The notes under the pieces: generated by a model | Database searches by the model: none | The model's input: the letters and a program-made list of their open reading frames with translations, nothing else | Told to the model about the DNA's origin: nothing | Translations under genes and position numbers: made by a program | Shown: one piece after another, positions 33,636 to 37,083 of the stretch | Layout of the letters: each line of letters begins with the position of its first letter | Numbering within the stretch: the first letter of the stretch is position 1 | Assembly: GCA_027319905.1 (NCBI GenBank) | Contig: DAHVMJ010000007.1 | Coordinates: 1 to 37,083 of the forward strand | Reading direction: 5' to 3' | DNA length: 37,083 bases | Source: Candidatus Micrarchaeota archaeon | GTDB taxonomy: Archaea; Micrarchaeota; Micrarchaeia; Micrarchaeales; CABMGC01

Positions 33636-35026
33636 CGTTTCTTACGTCGCATGAATAAGGCCGCTGCAATTATTAGCAGGATGATTATCACCACCGCAAT
33701 GTATAACAGTATTGGAGGGGACGGCTGTGTCGGAGGAGACCCGGTGGTTGCGGCTGGAACTACTGTCGTAGTTGAATTTAAATTAAGACTCGGCACGGTA
33801 ATACCAGAAACATTGAGCGCGCTTATGTAACCCTGGTTGGAATATGCCACAAATGCAGTATTGCCTGAAGGACTCAGCACTATCTGGTCCGGTCCACTAC
33901 CTGCACTAAAATTCGCATACATGAACGTAAAATTGATGCTACTAGCAATTGAGGTAATTGAGCTGGACAAGTCATCTACCGAAGCATAATATGGGAATGC
34001 AGAAGTGCTGACGAAATCGATGCATCCGAAACTTTCATTTACGTTATAGTTGTTCAGGCCTGTAACCCCGGTTGACGTTTTTCCGCATCTGGACATGACT
34101 ATGTAGGCGACAGTCCCCGACGGATTTAGAGCAATCGCGCCTGTTCCTAAACCCGGCACGTACTGCTCTGTTCGGTTAGCAAAAAACGCCGCAGCCGTGG
34201 CATTTGCGAAATCAATTGGTTTAAGGTGCACTAGAGAATCATTAAGAAGGTTTATCTCGCTTATCCCATCAGCACCTACAGTTGCGTTATACAAAACCAA
34301 CGCAAACGTGCCAGGACTGCTGATGGCTATTGACTGTGGGGCGCCGGGCACTGCAATAGTGTCCACCACCCTACTTGTAGAAACGTTTATTACGCTGATT
34401 GTCTTGCTGCCGTAATTTAAGACAAATGCCTCTGCGCCAGATGGCTCGAAAGCCACGTCATCTGCTCCGGAGCCCACAGTGATGTTGCCCATCGCGGCGT
34501 CCGTTTGGGCATTTATGGCCTCCACCTGATTGATATATGGATTGACGCCATATATCACCTTGCCATTTGGTGATAGTGCAAGGGTTGATACGCCGTTGGT
34601 CCTTATGTTGCCTGTTACTTTGTAGGTCGAGGTATTGATTATATCTATGCAACCGATTTGTTCCGTGTAGCCGCCGTATGTGCACGTTGTAAGTGCGTAA
34701 ACACTTGAACCAGATGGCGCCGCGGCCATCCCACTCACGCCTGCGCCTATCCCAACTTCTGCGGTTAACCTTTCTGTAGAGACATTTATCACTCTTATTG
34801 TAGCGTTATATTGTTTTGCGTTTACGCTGGTGAGATTTGCGGGGCTTGCCGCATACAGCGTGGCCCCAGACGGACCTAGCGTTATATACGAGTAGTAGCT
34901 GGGAATGGTGATGTTGGTTATAGAAAAACTACCGGAACCGGCAGCATGCACCACTGGCACGTAGAGATTGGCAATGACGAAAACTGCAAACAAGAGATAT
35001 GCCACACCAATCCAACGGTTGTTCAT
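33632..35026 (-). CDS. YVTN/YncE-type beta-propeller surface protein, C-terminally anchored
   Basis: Signal peptide, (S/N)PSG..(A/V)Y repeats, ITVGSG, C-terminal TM and MRRKKR. Confidence 0.85.
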   Translation of the reverse strand: MNNRWIGVAYLLFAVFVIANLYVPVVHAAGSGSFSITNITIPSYYSYITLGPSGATLYAASPANLTSVNAKQYNATIRVINVSTERLTAEVGIGAGVSGMAAAPSGSSVYALTTCTYGGYTEQIGCIDIINTSTYKVTGNIRTNGVSTLALSPNGKVIYGVNPYINQVEAINAQTDAAMGNITVGSGADDVAFEPSGAEAFVLNYGSKTISVINVSTSRVVDTIAVPGAPQSIAISSPGTFALVLYNATVGADGISEINLLNDSLVHLKPIDFANATAAAFFANRTEQYVPGLGTGAIALNPSGTVAYIVMSRCGKTSTGVTGLNNYNVNESFGCIDFVSTSAFPYYASVDDLSSSITSIASSINFTFMYANFSAGSGPDQIVLSPSGNTAFVAYSNQGYISALNVSGITVPSLNLNSTTTVVPAATTGSPPTQPSPPILLYIAVVIIILLIIAAALFMRRKKR

Positions 35027-35154
35027 GTTATTGACTCTTTTATTGTTTTTATTAGTAGTAACAACTTTAAAATGTTACCCTCGTTGCGTAACACAATAAA
35101 GCCCAACTGGAGAAAAGCTTTTTATTCATAAATTTACATGATTCATTGATCTTT

Positions 35155-35467
35155 ATGGGCAATTGGAGTAGTGTTTTGGAAAAGGGCGAGAAGCTAATCG
35201 CATCTTATGATAACCCAATACTGACAGCAGAACAGACTGGTACCGAGAAAGGGGTCGCGGCCTTGTCTGATGCCGCTGCGCGCTCGGCTGCAGGGGGTGG
35301 AGAAACGATCCAGTGGCTTTGGCAGTCTGAACTGGCAGCGCGCATATAAGTACCAGCAGGATGTAGCAACTCGGAACAAGAAGCAGGCGGCCAGTGTCTC
35401 CGGATTGGGCGGGTCAGGTATGCATCGCCGCTCGCTACAGAAGCCGTCAGAAAATTGGAAGGAATAG
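35155..35467 (+). pseudogene. Possible frameshifted small hypothetical gene
   Basis: Two overlapping short ORFs in different frames (35146-35349, 35270-35467) fill the gap after an AT-rich promoter-like region. Confidence 0.25.
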
Positions 35468-35484
35468 TGCAGCTTTAAGTTCGA

Positions 35485-36600
35485 TCAGTCGCTAATGATA
35501 AACTCATCCAGGGTTGACTTGAGTTTGTCCTTCTTCTTTCTGTGCTCTTCTAGGAACTTGTTTATGCGCATCGCCAAGTCTTTCTTGTGCTCTCCTGCGA
35601 GCAACGTACCCTTCCGCTCTCCCTGAAGTATGGTCTCTAGTTTCTTGTCGTCAGGTTCGAAAAGGTACCTGTAGTACTGGCATACAGAGCACTTGTCAGG
35701 GTCTCCTCCTAGCTTCTTCTGCAGCTCAGCTGTAGGCTGCTGCCCGGTTATCGCCCTGTGCACCTTCTTCTCCACAACCTCCTTCGAGTCGTTGAGATAG
35801 ATGGTGTCGTTTGGGTCGCTTGCCGACATCTTAGGTTCGCCGCTGAGCCCCGGCAGGAACTTCGCATGCGTTATTGCGGGTTTGTAGTAGCCCATCTTGT
35901 CAAGCACGTCGCGTGCTACGCGGAAGTGAACATCCTGGTCTATCGCCAGCGGAATCAGGCAAGGCACGTTGTGCCCTGCTTCTACCGACTTCAGGAAGGC
36001 AGGGACTGCCTGCATGCTCGTATAGAAGATGCTGCCCACATTCGTCTCGTTGCTGAAACCGAACGCGTCCTTGACCATAGAGAAGGTTATGCGCTTTGCG
36101 ACGCGTACCGCCTGTCCGTAGAGCGTCTTTGCATAATCTGTATTGAAGAATATCTTTGTCTTCTTCGGATCGAAGCCGAGTGCCACAATGTTCAGAGCAT
36201 CGTCATAGGCGAGCTTGTGCACCTCTTCAAAACTCACATTTCTTATCAGCGCCTTCTCTTCGTCAGGTATCTGTATCAGCACATCTACCCCGAACTTCTC
36301 CTGCAGCCACTGCGTGAATATGAACGGTATGAGGTGGCCCAGGTGCATTGAGCCGCTGGGCGCGATTCCTGTGTATAGATAGAACTTGTTGCCCTTCTCG
36401 TACTCGTCAAGAAGCCAGTTCAGGTCGCGGTGCGAATAGAAGATGTGCCTCCTTAGGAGATGGTGCGACCCTCCGGCCAGTTTCTTTATTCGTTCCTCGA
36501 GTTCATTGTCTATAAGACTTATGCCGAACTCCTTGGCGAACCTCTCGTAATCCACGCGCCCCTCGACTTTGTAGGGAGTCACTCGGAAGTTATCAGCCAT
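35485..36600 (-). CDS. trpS: Tryptophan--tRNA ligase (archaeal/eukaryotic type)
   Basis: LLRRHIFYSHRD, YTGIAPSGSMHLGH, AIDQDVHFR, KMSAS. Confidence 0.96.
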   Translation of the reverse strand: MADNFRVTPYKVEGRVDYERFAKEFGISLIDNELEERIKKLAGGSHHLLRRHIFYSHRDLNWLLDEYEKGNKFYLYTGIAPSGSMHLGHLIPFIFTQWLQEKFGVDVLIQIPDEEKALIRNVSFEEVHKLAYDDALNIVALGFDPKKTKIFFNTDYAKTLYGQAVRVAKRITFSMVKDAFGFSNETNVGSIFYTSMQAVPAFLKSVEAGHNVPCLIPLAIDQDVHFRVARDVLDKMGYYKPAITHAKFLPGLSGEPKMSASDPNDTIYLNDSKEVVEKKVHRAITGQQPTAELQKKLGGDPDKCSVCQYYRYLFEPDDKKLETILQGERKGTLLAGEHKKDLAMRINKFLEEHRKKKDKLKSTLDEFIISD

Positions 36601-36626
36601 AGATTCAATTATTGATAGACTGGCAA

Positions 36627-37083
36627 TTATTTAAAGTGAGCATCGGCCGGATACCAGACTGTGCCGTATTCTGTGTCCTCTATCTTTATGCCGTGCTTCT
36701 CTTCTATCTCCGTCCTTATTCTGTCTGCCTCCGCAAAATTCTTCGCCTTCCTTAGCTCCTCGCGTTGCCTTATCAGCTTGCCTACTTCAGTCGGAAGCAC
36801 CTGCTTGCAGATGGACTCACTAACGATTCCCAGGGTGCCTCCAAGTTCCGATATAGTATTGACGATTTTCTGCCTTGATTTTTCATCTATAGATCCAGTG
36901 GAATCTGCAAACTGCCTGAGCTTCCTCATTGTAGATATCAGCCTTGTCAGGGCCAGGGATGTGTTGAAGTCGTCGTCCATAGCTTCGGTGAACTCCTTCT
37001 CAAGGAGCCCTATCGCCTGCACCAGCTCCTCTCCGCTCGCGTTCTCGTCCGCAGGCAGGTTGTTCAGTATGCCGACAGACTGG
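36627..37083 (-). CDS. cysS: Cysteine--tRNA ligase, C-terminal part (5' end beyond the window)
   Basis: FTEAMDDDFNTSLAL (DALR domain), REELRKAKNFAEADRIR, GIKIEDT..GTVW. Confidence 0.92.
   Translation of the reverse strand, partial: QSVGILNNLPADENASGEELVQAIGLLEKEFTEAMDDDFNTSLALTRLISTMRKLRQFADSTGSIDEKSRQKIVNTISELGGTLGIVSESICKQVLPTEVGKLIRQREELRKAKNFAEADRIRTEIEEKHGIKIEDTEYGTVWYPADAHFK

Overview
Archaeal window, most likely a DPANN archaeon of Micrarchaeota type (inferred from the divergent, unlinked 16S rRNA, the archaeal TFB/eS1/uS15/TrpRS/Hef genes and the DUF929-VKOR pair). It starts with the 3' ~1.09 kb of a 16S rRNA gene that has no adjacent tRNA or 23S. Housekeeping and stress genes follow: rps3ae, rps15, tfb, CPA1 antiporter, MscS, MsrB, AKR, GT2, HMG-CoA synthase, Hef-like helicase, tRNA-Phe, TrpRS and partial CysRS. 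The standout is a six-gene minus-strand locus (14095-22386) that looks like an usher-less, donor-strand-type surface fibre system. It has two small pilin-like paralogs bounded by Cys residues, a 1035-aa adhesin ending in the same pilin domain, a 777-aa membrane anchor starting with a matching donor-like strand, a membrane-tethered PapD/DUF916-like protein and a MinD-type ATPase. Other highlights are an AbiEii-like nucleotidyltransferase paired with a calcineurin-like phosphoesterase, a free-standing LAGLIDADG gene abutting tRNA-Phe, a 1.35-kb beta-propeller cassette flanked by a duplication of the tRNA-Phe 3' end, and a candidate structured RNA at about 6310-6445. All family calls come from motif recognition by eye; no searches were run.
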